A DNA stretch of 64,000 nucleotides, taken from Synechococcus sp. Its GTDB lineage: Bacteria > Cyanobacteriota > Cyanobacteriia > Thermostichales > PCC-7336. This document shows positions 11,084-20,193 of the stretch, piece by piece. The stretch lies in assembly GCA_051439425.1 (NCBI GenBank), contig JBFRWD010000178.1:1-64000 (forward strand). The letters run 5' to 3'. The notes below the pieces were generated by a model. The model was not told where the DNA came from, made no database searches, and saw only the letters and a list, made by a program, of their open reading frames with translations. Every line of letters begins with the position of its first letter. Position 1 is the first letter of the stretch. Position numbers and translations under genes: made by a program.

Positions 11084-11848
11084 TTGCCTAAAACTCAGCG
11101 AGCACAGTCAAAGTCGTCATCAAAATCGTCAGCTAAATCATCATCGTCAAAACACCCATCACAGACGAAATCAAGCCGTGGGAAGTCGCGGGCGGCTGTA
11201 AACCAGCCAGCATCCCCCAGAGTGATTGCCGTTGTGAATGGCAAAGGAGGGGTCGGCAAAACTACCTCTTCAATTAATTTGGCTGCTGCGTTTTCATCAG
11301 AAGAGAGTCGCGTATTGCTATTGGATGCCGATCCCCAGGGATCGGCGACATGGTGGTCAAAACGTAGCGACACGGGCATGGGGTTTGACGTTCAACCTGT
11401 GGAGGATACGGCACAGCTAGATCGCGTGCCCAAAATCGGGGATTATGGAGTAGTGGTGGTGGATACTCCCCCCGCATTGGCTTCCGATGCACTAAGTGCG
11501 GCGATCGCTGTTGCCGACTATTTAGTGTTACCAACGCCCCCAGCTCCTTTAGACTTGGCGGCATTGATCGAAACCGTGCGATCGGCTGTAATCCCTGCTG
11601 GTGTGAGCTATCGCGTTCTACTCACCCGTGTCGACCCTCGTAGTTTGAGGGAGACCATGGAGGCTCAAAACACTCTTCTCGATCTAGGTATTCCTGCCTT
11701 TCATGCGTTTGTGCGTGCATACAAAGCCCACGAACGGGCAGCCTTAGAAGGGATGAGTATCCTCCAGTGGAAGGGTAAGCAGGCTCGCGAAGCCCAAGCA
11801 GATTACCGCCGCGTTGCCGAAGAGCTACAGCGGGATTGGAGGGACTGA
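11084..11848 (+). CDS. mcdA: ParA-family ATPase, probable carboxysome positioning protein McdA (type 2)
   Basis: Deviant Walker A KGGVGKTT, DADPQGSA followed by the WW pair (SATWW), VVDTPP. TTG start after AAGGAG. Coupled to an McdB-like gene. Confidence 0.8.
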   Translation: MPKTQRAQSKSSSKSSAKSSSSKHPSQTKSSRGKSRAAVNQPASPRVIAVVNGKGGVGKTTSSINLAAAFSSEESRVLLLDADPQGSATWWSKRSDTGMGFDVQPVEDTAQLDRVPKIGDYGVVVVDTPPALASDALSAAIAVADYLVLPTPPAPLDLAALIETVRSAVIPAGVSYRVLLTRVDPRSLRETMEAQNTLLDLGIPAFHAFVRAYKAHERAALEGMSILQWKGKQAREAQADYRRVAEELQRDWRD

Positions 11849-12504
11849 TGACGCAATCGAAACGAGCCCCAAAAAAACGATTATCGGATCTGTTGAAAGA
11901 GGAATCGGGTCACCTAGAACTGTCCCCGCCAGAATCCGAACCCACCCGCGAGGTTGAACCTGCTCCTATGACTAATGGCACTCGAACGAGCAAAGCGCGC
12001 ACGAATGGTACGCGAAAACGGGCTGGCACTAGTAGCTCTAGCACGAAAGCAAAAAGCACCAGCACTGCTCGCCGCAGCACTGCCCCCACCAAAGCCGACT
12101 TGCAAGACATGGTGAGGGATCTGAAAGCGGCCCTGGCAGAGTCGCAAACTGAGGCGGAAAATCTTCAAGCCCAACTCCATGACAAAGAGGGATATGTGGA
12201 GGAGCTACGCGGTTACCTCGACAAAGCCAACGAGTTGAAAGCAGAGCTGGATAAGTCTCAAAAGGCAATTGCACAATTGGAAGAAGAAAACGCCTCGCTG
12301 CGCAAAGACTTGAGCACCGCTCAGTCGGCGAGCAAGAATGGCAGCAAAGCAATTACCCCCCGCAAGACTCCCGGTCGTCCTGGCATGTTGGCCAAGGCAG
12401 TCCCTGGTGGCGAGAACATGGCCTACGGTCGCCGCCCGGTCGCTCCAACGAGCAATCCTTCTCAGGATGGTGAGGACTTCTCCAAGCAAACCTGGTTGCT
12501 TTAG
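11848..12504 (+). CDS. mcdB: Probable McdB (partner of McdA)
   Basis: TGATG overlap with parA; charged, disordered N-terminus (KRLSDLLKEE); central coiled coil; Trp within the last four residues (QTWLL). Confidence 0.72.
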   Translation: MTQSKRAPKKRLSDLLKEESGHLELSPPESEPTREVEPAPMTNGTRTSKARTNGTRKRAGTSSSSTKAKSTSTARRSTAPTKADLQDMVRDLKAALAESQTEAENLQAQLHDKEGYVEELRGYLDKANELKAELDKSQKAIAQLEEENASLRKDLSTAQSASKNGSKAITPRKTPGRPGMLAKAVPGGENMAYGRRPVAPTSNPSQDGEDFSKQTWLL

Positions 12505-12597
12505 GTTGTTGCCAAGCCACGACAGGCTACGGCCATTGATTGCTGACAATCGAAAACGGGAACCGGTGAAGGCTCCCGCAATTTGGCTTGTGCAGAG

Positions 12598-12930
12598 TTA
12601 GAATCCTCCATGCTGATTCAAGAGCTGTTCGTGTTGAACGAGCTGAGGCTGCAGTTGGTTAACCTGCTCGGTTTGCAGCACGCTAGGATTGATTTTTTCC
12701 TGTAATGCCGCTTCTCGTAGAGGGGGGCAAGACAGACAGGTGGGGGGGATGGGGACTTGCCAATGGGGAATCGGACGGGGGGCAACCTGAACTCGAATTC
12801 GACCACCATTTAATCCCTCGCAACCGTCAGGATTATCGGGCGCTGGCGTACAAGCCGACGCCGATGCGCTAACGATAAACGGGGTAACGGCCAATCCAAA
12901 TAGTCCTAAGGTGAGGTGCTTTACGTTCAT
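12598..12930 (-). CDS. Hypothetical small secreted Cys/Pro/Gln-rich protein
   Basis: Signal peptide ending ASASA; CTPAPDNPDGC and PIPPTCLSCPP; Gln-rich tail. Confidence 0.65.
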   Translation of the reverse strand: MNVKHLTLGLFGLAVTPFIVSASASACTPAPDNPDGCEGLNGGRIRVQVAPRPIPHWQVPIPPTCLSCPPLREAALQEKINPSVLQTEQVNQLQPQLVQHEQLLNQHGGF

Positions 12931-13455
12931 GATGAATATCCAAAAACGGGATGACTTCAGAGTCTCTTAGCCACCTATTTTTAGGAGCGATCGCGATCGC
13001 CAAACTTGGGTGATATCTCATGCCTCTCTTGTGCTGGCAGCGCCTGTATCCCAGTGGTAGAAGTATCTTCGGAACTTATTAGTGATTGCTACGATCTGCG
13101 GAAGTCACGGCAAAACCTCAGCTTGACTTTCTATCTTTTGGCAAATGGACCTTCTTTTCGATGCACGTTTTCGATCGACCATTCGTAAGCCGTTACTACT
13201 GAATTTGACAAGTAACGGGATCGGTTGGATGCGGCAATTTGATTTGTCGGTTGAATTCACTGATTGGATTCGAGAAGAAATCTCCTCTGCTGAACTGAAC
13301 TGGGCAGTGTGACCCACCGCTATGTATCAATCCGCTGCAAGGTCTGGAAGGTTGAGACCACAATAATACTTGATTTTCAAGGAAAAGTAGTCAGGAAAGT
13401 CTTCATAGGGGATTGCCGTCAGCTATACAATGCTGCAAGTGATTTGAAGCGCAGC

Positions 13456-13620
13456 ATGAGTAAGCCCCAATGGACATCGGAAGCGGAAGCCAAATTAAAG
13501 GAGATTCCCTTTTTCGTCAGACCGGCTGCTCGCAAGAAAATCGAGAAGTTTGCCCAAGAGGCCGGAGCCACTGAAATCACGGTAGAGGTCTACGAGCAAG
13601 CTAAAGCAAAGTTCAATTAA
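13456..13620 (+). CDS. Stand-alone PCP_red domain protein (ChlB/BchB C-terminal-like)
   Basis: WTSEAEAKLKEIPFFVRPAARKKIEKFAQE..ITVEVYEQAK matches the PCP_red pattern; ATG at 13456. Confidence 0.85.
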   Translation: MSKPQWTSEAEAKLKEIPFFVRPAARKKIEKFAQEAGATEITVEVYEQAKAKFN

Positions 13621-13657
13621 CTCGAACTTCCCATTCAATCTGCGCGCAGGGTCAATC

Positions 13658-15397
13658 TTATTGTGCTGGAGTTGATTGCCGAACGAGTACCGGGTCGCTC
13701 GTAGAGCTTGAAGGCTCGCCGCCACGTGGAGACTCATCAAAGGTAGCGGTGCTGGTCAGCGACTTGTACCGAATTGCCGTAGCAATCACGAACAGAAGAT
13801 CGACTCCAACCAAGGCAGCAATTCCAGCCGAACCTCCACTGCCAAATCCGTAGCTGTGCAGTCCCTGACCGAGTACGAAGTTAACTCCGTACCAGGCCAT
13901 CAGAACGGCATTGAACGACACGACGCTGGCCACAGCCATCCCGAAGGTGTTCACCCAGCCAACAAATCGGCCGTGCAAGGGAGCCAAATAGCAGAGTAAG
14001 GCGATCGCCGCCCAAGTTTCCTTCGGGTCCCATCCCCAGAAACGCCCCCAAGAGAAATGCGCCCAAATCCCACCCAAGATAATTCCAGCGGCCAGAAGTA
14101 ACACCCCCACTTGCAGCACACTGTAGTTGAGTTTGGAGAGCTTGGTAATTCGCGATTTATTGTTAGGCGACAACCAATATTGGGCCAGCATGATGTGCCC
14201 CAGCCCCATCGCCAGTGCAAAGCAGGCGTAGCCCAAAGTAATGGTGGGAACGTGAACGCTGAGCCAGAAGTTATCTCGCAGGACGGGGACGAGGGGTTGA
14301 ATGCTGGCATCCAAAACAGCGGGTAGGCTGTCAGCCAGCACTAGAGCCAGGATGGAGAGAGGGGCTGCCGCCAGTATGTAATAGCGGGCACGACTTTTCA
14401 GTTCGAAGCTCAGCGCCAGGGCTGCAATGCCAAACCCGACCCACACAACCGATTCGTACATATTGGTGACGGGAGGGCGATCGGCCACCATGACCCGCAA
14501 GGCAAACCCGTAAAGTTGAATTCCCAAGCCAGCCGTAAATATGCCGATTGTCAACCAGTACCAGTTGGGGAGCGGTACGAATGTCACGGCCAGCATTGCG
14601 ATGAACGCGATCGCAAACAGTTGCCACGCTTTGCCGAAGGCGTGCAGGCGATTAAACAATACTTCGCGGGATAGAGAGCGATCGCTGGGATAGACATCGG
14701 GGCTCAGTTGTTGCAGTTGGGTATGCAGCTGTTGGGCTAACGGTTCGAGCGCCTCCGGCGCTCTATGTCCGGCATAGGTGAGCTTCATCAGCTCCAACGT
14801 GCCAGCCAGATCGCTGGCTTCATCTACCGAATAGCTGTCGAGGGATTGCGGAATTCCCATCCACTTTCCCTTGATATCTGAGGGATGGGGCACCAGTGGC
14901 AGTTCGTCACGAGCCACCGTTTCTAACATGAGTGACATCCGATCGGCCACAGTTAAGGCTTCGCGGTCGTCGCGGGACAAGTCGACTTCTGCAGCTTGTT
15001 TGTCTCGCACCTGTCGTAACGTGACGGGCAGGTTTGACTGCATCAGCTCCCTAAAACTGAAGTACTTGCGCTCAATATCTAGGCCTGCCTGCTCCTTCAA
15101 AGGCCGGTAGTTCAGCAAAATAAATGGCTCTTGATTCCAATCGCGATCGTTGAACCACAACCCTATAAAACTGGTTAGGTAATCTTCTCGATCTCCACTG
15201 TCAAGTCGATAGGACGTGGAGCCGTGGATTTGCGTCACGGTTTCGCGGGCAACGGTATCTAGCGGCTTTTTACGACCATCGAGCTGTACGGCGAGAGACT
15301 GCAGCCCTGCGGTTGGGGCTGGCTGCCAGGTGCCGAGAGGAGTGGCAATCAGGGCCAAACCCAGCAGGATGCCAATGGCAAACTTAAGAACTTTCAT
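13658..15397 (-). CDS. ccsA: Cytochrome c biogenesis System II haem lyase CcsA/ResC with large N-terminal soluble domain
   Basis: WWD motif WGRFWGWDPKETW; PPVTNMYES, LVPVLRDNFWLSVHV, GLHSYG. N-terminal QLDGRKKPLDTVARE segment resembles long CcsBA-type proteins. Confidence 0.93.
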   Translation of the reverse strand: MKVLKFAIGILLGLALIATPLGTWQPAPTAGLQSLAVQLDGRKKPLDTVARETVTQIHGSTSYRLDSGDREDYLTSFIGLWFNDRDWNQEPFILLNYRPLKEQAGLDIERKYFSFRELMQSNLPVTLRQVRDKQAAEVDLSRDDREALTVADRMSLMLETVARDELPLVPHPSDIKGKWMGIPQSLDSYSVDEASDLAGTLELMKLTYAGHRAPEALEPLAQQLHTQLQQLSPDVYPSDRSLSREVLFNRLHAFGKAWQLFAIAFIAMLAVTFVPLPNWYWLTIGIFTAGLGIQLYGFALRVMVADRPPVTNMYESVVWVGFGIAALALSFELKSRARYYILAAAPLSILALVLADSLPAVLDASIQPLVPVLRDNFWLSVHVPTITLGYACFALAMGLGHIMLAQYWLSPNNKSRITKLSKLNYSVLQVGVLLLAAGIILGGIWAHFSWGRFWGWDPKETWAAIALLCYLAPLHGRFVGWVNTFGMAVASVVSFNAVLMAWYGVNFVLGQGLHSYGFGSGGSAGIAALVGVDLLFVIATAIRYKSLTSTATFDESPRGGEPSSSTSDPVLVRQSTPAQ

Positions 15398-15459
15398 AGG
15401 ATGAAGAAGAATCGATGCAAACAGCAGAGAAATTATCAGCGCGAGATCGAAGGCGGGAA

Positions 15460-17364
15460 TTAAGTCGAGGTCTGTGGAGATAGCTCGGTTGCGTCAAGAG
15501 GAGGCTGCTGGGCTGGGGATTGATTAGTTGCGGGGGCGATCGCCGCGTCCGATCGCTCGGCAGTACCCGAGCCCAAATTTCGGAATTGAGACACAAATTT
15601 GCGATATCGCCGAGCCAGCTCCTGACCGTAGAACATGACGCCAATCCCGGCGACGACAAGCATCGAGCCAGTCCACGTCAAAGCAGTTACCCACGCAGGC
15701 TCCCGCTTCACCTGCAACGTTGATTGGCGCAAGTCGCCAGGATTCCACGACGCTTGAGCGATCTTCCAGCCGCGATACCAGGTGGGATGGTTCATCCACA
15801 CTTTACGGAAGGCATGCTGTCCCAGCTCGGGATCGTCAATTCGAATTTGGCTCGTCCACATTGCGACAGATTCTGCCCCCTCGTTGCGCTCCACGATGAA
15901 GTCTTCCAGTGCAACAGCAAATGGCAGTTCCATTGATTTGGGACTGTAAATCGCAAACAACTCGCCATTGGGATTATCCGGATTTGGATTGGACAATGCT
16001 TGAGGTTCACCCCACTGCAGCCACTGGCGATCGCCGCTTGGCGATTCCACTAACACTGCCGGGATTGCATTGGCCGATTGCGAGTTGTCTACCTGAGAGA
16101 CCTCGACCACCTCTCGTTCAATCCGAGCCCGAGGAAGCCAGTCCGTAACCGTTAGTTGAAAATCTGCCCATCCCAAATCGACGGGGGTATCGAGTGGCAG
16201 GATACCTGACTGGAATCCCTTGGAGCTGTTGACGGTGTAGTACAACTGGCCGTCTGAAGAGGCGATCGCCGTAAACACATTCTCTTCAGGGGTCGGCGCC
16301 TGATAGGTGACTGTTGCATCCACTGCATTACCAGCCACCAATGTCCGAACGGGGTCTAAATTGGCTTGCCCAAATACGAACCATCGCTCCACCCCGGTGG
16401 GACTCTCTACCTGCAATTGCAGGGCAGGATTGCGCAACTGTTCGGATACTGTCTCCGGCTCATTGCGGCTATTCAAGCGAAAATCCGGCCAAAAATTGAC
16501 GACGTTCACTTGTATATTGTCGGACAAATCATTGCCCGATAATTTCAGCGTTTGTCCGACAGACTGCTCTACATCAAACTCGATTGTCTTTCCCTGGCTA
16601 GCAATCGCCAATGTTCCCCATTTGCCCGCCACTTGCGCTGGAGCAGTCATCAAGGCCAGGCGATCGGCGTCCGTATCGGCAACCACCAGCTTTAAGGTGG
16701 CAGGGCCAAGATTAACCTGCTGTGCGCTGGACGGTGTTGCCGCCAGCCATTCTTCTACCGATTGCCCCATGTTCTGACTGGCCAAAGAGAGATGTAGGGC
16801 AGGATTGGACACCTCTCCATCTGTCTTAAACCGAGTCAATGAGAAGGTGCGATCTCGGTAGTCCAGCAGCTTTAATCCGCCGACCGTTCGCTCCGGAATC
16901 GTGCCATCCGCCAACCTCGCCACATCGACGGCACTGATTGTGCCATCCGGCTGCATGACTTCCAGCAACTCCCCTTGCAACCTCAGCATGGTATTGGCAG
17001 CCATATCTGTACGCAGGGGCAACATACCTTCTACGCCAAGGTGGATCACCGCCGCCGACCCCGCGATTAAGACCACCAGCCCGAAATGAGTTAAGGCAAA
17101 GCCTATCTTGCGGGCACCCCGCCAAGGAAATCGAGTCAACGCAGAAACCGAGAGGTTCACAGCCAGCAGCAACATTAGCAACCCGAACCAGCCGCTTTTA
17201 TAGATCTCGCCCTGAACGATGTCCGAACCCACGCGGGACTCGTAGAAGGTTGTTCCGATCAATATGGCTGCGATCGCCCCCAATAACGGCACCGCTAATT
17301 GAATCGAGCCTAAAAACTTGATTACTGGATGTTGATTGCTGGAGTGACGATGGTGTCCTGACAT
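15460..17364 (-). CDS. ResB/CcsB-like cytochrome c biogenesis protein
   Basis: FLGSIQLAVPLL..IGT, IYKSGWF..LL..NL, LTHFGLVVLIAG (conserved TM His), LPFAVALEDF, MNHP..YRGWKIAQAS, C-terminal TM. ATG at 17364 preferred over 17490. Confidence 0.88.
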   Translation of the reverse strand: MSGHHRHSSNQHPVIKFLGSIQLAVPLLGAIAAILIGTTFYESRVGSDIVQGEIYKSGWFGLLMLLLAVNLSVSALTRFPWRGARKIGFALTHFGLVVLIAGSAAVIHLGVEGMLPLRTDMAANTMLRLQGELLEVMQPDGTISAVDVARLADGTIPERTVGGLKLLDYRDRTFSLTRFKTDGEVSNPALHLSLASQNMGQSVEEWLAATPSSAQQVNLGPATLKLVVADTDADRLALMTAPAQVAGKWGTLAIASQGKTIEFDVEQSVGQTLKLSGNDLSDNIQVNVVNFWPDFRLNSRNEPETVSEQLRNPALQLQVESPTGVERWFVFGQANLDPVRTLVAGNAVDATVTYQAPTPEENVFTAIASSDGQLYYTVNSSKGFQSGILPLDTPVDLGWADFQLTVTDWLPRARIEREVVEVSQVDNSQSANAIPAVLVESPSGDRQWLQWGEPQALSNPNPDNPNGELFAIYSPKSMELPFAVALEDFIVERNEGAESVAMWTSQIRIDDPELGQHAFRKVWMNHPTWYRGWKIAQASWNPGDLRQSTLQVKREPAWVTALTWTGSMLVVAGIGVMFYGQELARRYRKFVSQFRNLGSGTAERSDAAIAPATNQSPAQQPPLDATELSPQTST

Positions 17365-17422
17365 ATGCAATGGGTGAGATGCGATCGCATGCCTACATAA
17401 CCAAATCCCTCTAGGGTGAATT

Positions 17423-17438
17423 TGTACTCTTTGGTACA
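17423..17438. promoter_or_regulatory. NtcA-type box upstream of resB-ccsA
   Basis: TGTActctttggTACA = TGTA-N8-TACA, 59 bp upstream of the ATG at 17364; no clean TAN3T at 22 nt on the minus strand. Confidence 0.55.
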
Positions 17439-17597
17439 ACTTGTAGAGAATTCCAAATCTTTTCGCATAGGTAAAATGCAAAAACAGCAATCCGACAAAG
17501 ATCCCGAACGTAAGATTAAGGCTTCAAGCACATTCATGCATCAAACGCATTCTGTTGATTCGCTTTGTGTATTCAATTGAAATTTATTCGCAAAATA

Positions 17598-17639
17598 GTA
17601 TTGCTGGCTACGATCTCGCACTCTACTAACACCTAACGT
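17598..17639 (+). promoter_or_regulatory. Canonical NtcA-activated (class II) promoter facing the globin-cytochrome arm
   Basis: GTAttgctggcTAC (17598-17611), exactly 22 nt, then TAACGT (17634-17639) = GTA-N8-TAC-N22-TAN3T. Confidence 0.68.
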
Positions 17640-17952
17640 GCAAACTTAATGCAGCGAATTCTCGTAAGTTCACCTCTCCCGCGCGCATTGGAAGTGAATA
17701 GCTTGCGTGGTATTTGTTAGCTCTTTAGTTGAATTCCCCGGTGCTTTACTGCGGTTAGCTGTTTCAGCCACCAGGGTTACAGCATAGACTGTGCTGGAAT
17801 TTAGCTAAATCTGTGCGGACTACGGATGGCTGATTTTGGTCACGCCGAGTTATTCGTGCGCAATTGGTCAGGATCTTCACGAACGGTTCTGGAACTCGAA
17901 TTGTTTGTTGGAAAGGTTCTACCTCCTAGTTAACTGATAAGGATTAAAAGGC

Positions 17953-18498
17953 ATGTCTCTGAATGTTGAATTGCTAGAGAGCAGCTTCGAAAAAATTAAG
18001 CCCTACGGCACGTCCTTCACCGAGTCTTTCTACAGCAATTTGTTTGAATCAGCTCCTGAAGCTAAGCCGCTATTCGCTCATACCGATATGAAAAAGCAGG
18101 AGAAAATGCTGCTGTCCTCCCTGGTTCTAGTGGTAGACAACCTGCGCGTTGGAGATGTGTTGACTTCTACCCTACGTGGCTTAGGGGCTCGCCACGTTAA
18201 GTACGGCGCACTCCCCGCTCATTACCCCATTGTTGGCGGAGCACTACTGCAAACCTTCGAGCAATACCTAGGGGATGAATGGACTCCCGATGTCAAACAG
18301 GCATGGGTGGATGCCTATGGGGCTGTAACCGAATTGATGCTGGACGGAGCGGACTACTCCTCGAGTGAGGTTGCCCTACCTCCGGAGGCTACTGCATCGG
18401 AAGCATCTGGAGTCGACGATTCCGGTAATCGTGGCGAATTATTACCCGTCGCTGGGGCCACCATTGGCTTGCTGATTTTGGGGTTGATCCTGCTGTAG
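17953..18498 (+). CDS. Single-domain 3/3 globin (flavohaemoglobin-related) with C-terminal membrane anchor
   Basis: FYSNLF (TyrB10), PLF (PheCD1), Q at E7, LGARHVKYG (HisF8), HYPIVGGALL, WTPDVKQAWVDAY; acidic linker then VAGATIGLLILGLILL. Confidence 0.92.
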   Translation: MSLNVELLESSFEKIKPYGTSFTESFYSNLFESAPEAKPLFAHTDMKKQEKMLLSSLVLVVDNLRVGDVLTSTLRGLGARHVKYGALPAHYPIVGGALLQTFEQYLGDEWTPDVKQAWVDAYGAVTELMLDGADYSSSEVALPPEATASEASGVDDSGNRGELLPVAGATIGLLILGLILL

Positions 18499-18668
18499 TT
18501 CTCCACGGCGTTGAAAAAAGAGTTGTGAAGTGTCGTTCCGTTTCTTGCTAGGTACTGGTTGCTTGTCGGTCGGTGTTTTAGTGAGGCGATTTGGCCAGCA
18601 ACTCAACCATTTCCGAGCAAAGCCCAACTAGTTTGGAGCTCTCAGGTTGTCAATGGTTTGCAGTTTGA

Positions 18669-19289
18669 ATGTTGAAGTTGAGAACGGCAGTAATAGGGAT
18701 AGCGGTCTTGGCGATCGCTGCTGGTGCGATTGTCTTTGCCCTCGGTCTGGACCAACGTACTGCTTTTTTGCCCGGAGCAACATCGTCTGGCCATCAAGTG
18801 TTTGAAGCCTCCTGTCAATCCTGCCACCAAGGATTTCAGAAGGTTAGTAACGATACTTGCAATCGCTGCCACGAAGCAGAGATGGCAGAGGATATCCATG
18901 GGCTGAGCAAGTTCCGCGATCCTCGCTGGGCCACCTACTTAGAAGAGTTGGATGTTCTCACATGTACAGCCTGCCACGAAGAGCACATGCCGATGTTTGC
19001 TCGCGGAGTCAATATTCCTCCCGATCTCTGCATGAGCTGTCACGATCACATCATTGATGCCACCACTTCCGATAGCCTGGATAGCCACATTGGTTTTACA
19101 CCAGATGGATGTTGGACAGCAGGCTGTCACAACTACCACGATCATCGCTCGATTTCCACCGGTTTCTTGCGGGCGAACTTAGATCAGCCGGATTGGCTGC
19201 CAGAGCCGAAACGACTGGAACGGGAGATTGTCCCTCAGGTGGCAACCGCTCCCTCCCCCGACCTCAATCGCGAGCTATGGGGGGACTAA
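18669..19289 (+). CDS. Membrane-anchored/exported pentahaem c-type cytochrome
   Basis: N-terminal hydrophobic helix; CQSCH, CNRCH, CTACH, CMSCH and atypical CWTAGCH. Confidence 0.9.
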   Translation: MLKLRTAVIGIAVLAIAAGAIVFALGLDQRTAFLPGATSSGHQVFEASCQSCHQGFQKVSNDTCNRCHEAEMAEDIHGLSKFRDPRWATYLEELDVLTCTACHEEHMPMFARGVNIPPDLCMSCHDHIIDATTSDSLDSHIGFTPDGCWTAGCHNYHDHRSISTGFLRANLDQPDWLPEPKRLEREIVPQVATAPSPDLNRELWGD

Positions 19290-20116
19290 TGCAAACGGTT
19301 CGATTAACTAGGCGTATTTTGTCTCTTCTTGTAAGCAGGGAGAAGTTAGACATTTCAGAAGCGCTCTCGGCTTGTGTTCTAGTAGTCATTCTCCTGCTGA
19401 GCCTGGCGTGGCCCGCAGCGGCAAGTGCTCTAACCGTAGATGAGGCAACAGAATTGTGGACAGGTAGCACGCACTCACTGCAGGGCGTCAACTGTACAAG
19501 CTGCCACCAAGTGGAGGACACGGGTGAATTTGTGGCCAGCCCCGACCAAGAAAGCTGTCGCCAATGCCACGAGTTCTCCACGGAGACGTTCCTACTGGGT
19601 AAGCACGGTATCCGCACGCTAGAGGGGCAGTCCCCCTTGACGCCCGAGATGGCTCTATTGCCGATGAAACCTGATGCTCACGGCACCGAGATGAACTGCA
19701 ACACCTGTCATGACGTCCATGTTCAGGATATGCACACAGCATCTGTGGATGCTTGCCTAACCTGCCACGCCGATGACCACTCGCTGAATTACGTCAATTC
19801 CAAGCACGCAGGACTGCTGACAGGGAATGAGAATCTGCCGCGTCCCAGCGCAGGGGAAGTAACCTGCGCCACCTGTCACCTGCCTCGTCAGACAGTCGGT
19901 GGAGAGGTACGGGTGAATCACAACAACACCTTCAACTTGCGGCCGGGCGATCGCATGGTGGCGGATGTATGTATGAACTGTCACGGATTTGAATTTGCTT
20001 ATAACGCAGTTTTTGATGACGACCTGGTTACCGAGAACTTTGCTCGCCTGCCCGAACACAACCATGAATCGCTTGCGATGGTTCGGGAGCAGCGCGATCG
20101 CAGAAATAACCGTTAA
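19289..20116 (+). CDS. Exported hexahaem c-type cytochrome
   Basis: TAATG overlap with the upstream gene; signal segment ending AAASA; CTSCH, CRQCH, CNTCH, CLTCH, CATCH, CMNCH. Confidence 0.9.
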   Translation: MQTVRLTRRILSLLVSREKLDISEALSACVLVVILLLSLAWPAAASALTVDEATELWTGSTHSLQGVNCTSCHQVEDTGEFVASPDQESCRQCHEFSTETFLLGKHGIRTLEGQSPLTPEMALLPMKPDAHGTEMNCNTCHDVHVQDMHTASVDACLTCHADDHSLNYVNSKHAGLLTGNENLPRPSAGEVTCATCHLPRQTVGGEVRVNHNNTFNLRPGDRMVADVCMNCHGFEFAYNAVFDDDLVTENFARLPEHNHESLAMVREQRDRRNNR

Positions 20117-20193
20117 TCGTCTCGCAAGTCTGCCGGTCCCTGAGGGCTGGCCGCTCCCCCGTTGAATTCGTACTCATTTGAGGGCCTCTGTTC

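Noticed and set aside
17365..17490. N-terminal extension of the ResB-like ORF from 17490
   Set aside because: Not protein-like and covers the NtcA box; ATG 17364 fits the family N-terminus.
18440..18498. LPVAG + hydrophobic tail as a sortase signal
   Set aside because: No basic tail, no N-terminal signal peptide and no sortase nearby; a simple tail anchor fits better.
19109..19288. N-terminal 60 aa of the 335 aa ORF call
   Set aside because: Overlaps the upstream cytochrome gene; the TAATG junction at 19287-19291 gives the more plausible start.
18669..20116. Calling these genes nrfA/nrfH or hao
   Set aside because: No CXXCK motif, and sizes and haem counts (5 in 206 aa, 6 in 275 aa) do not match those enzymes.
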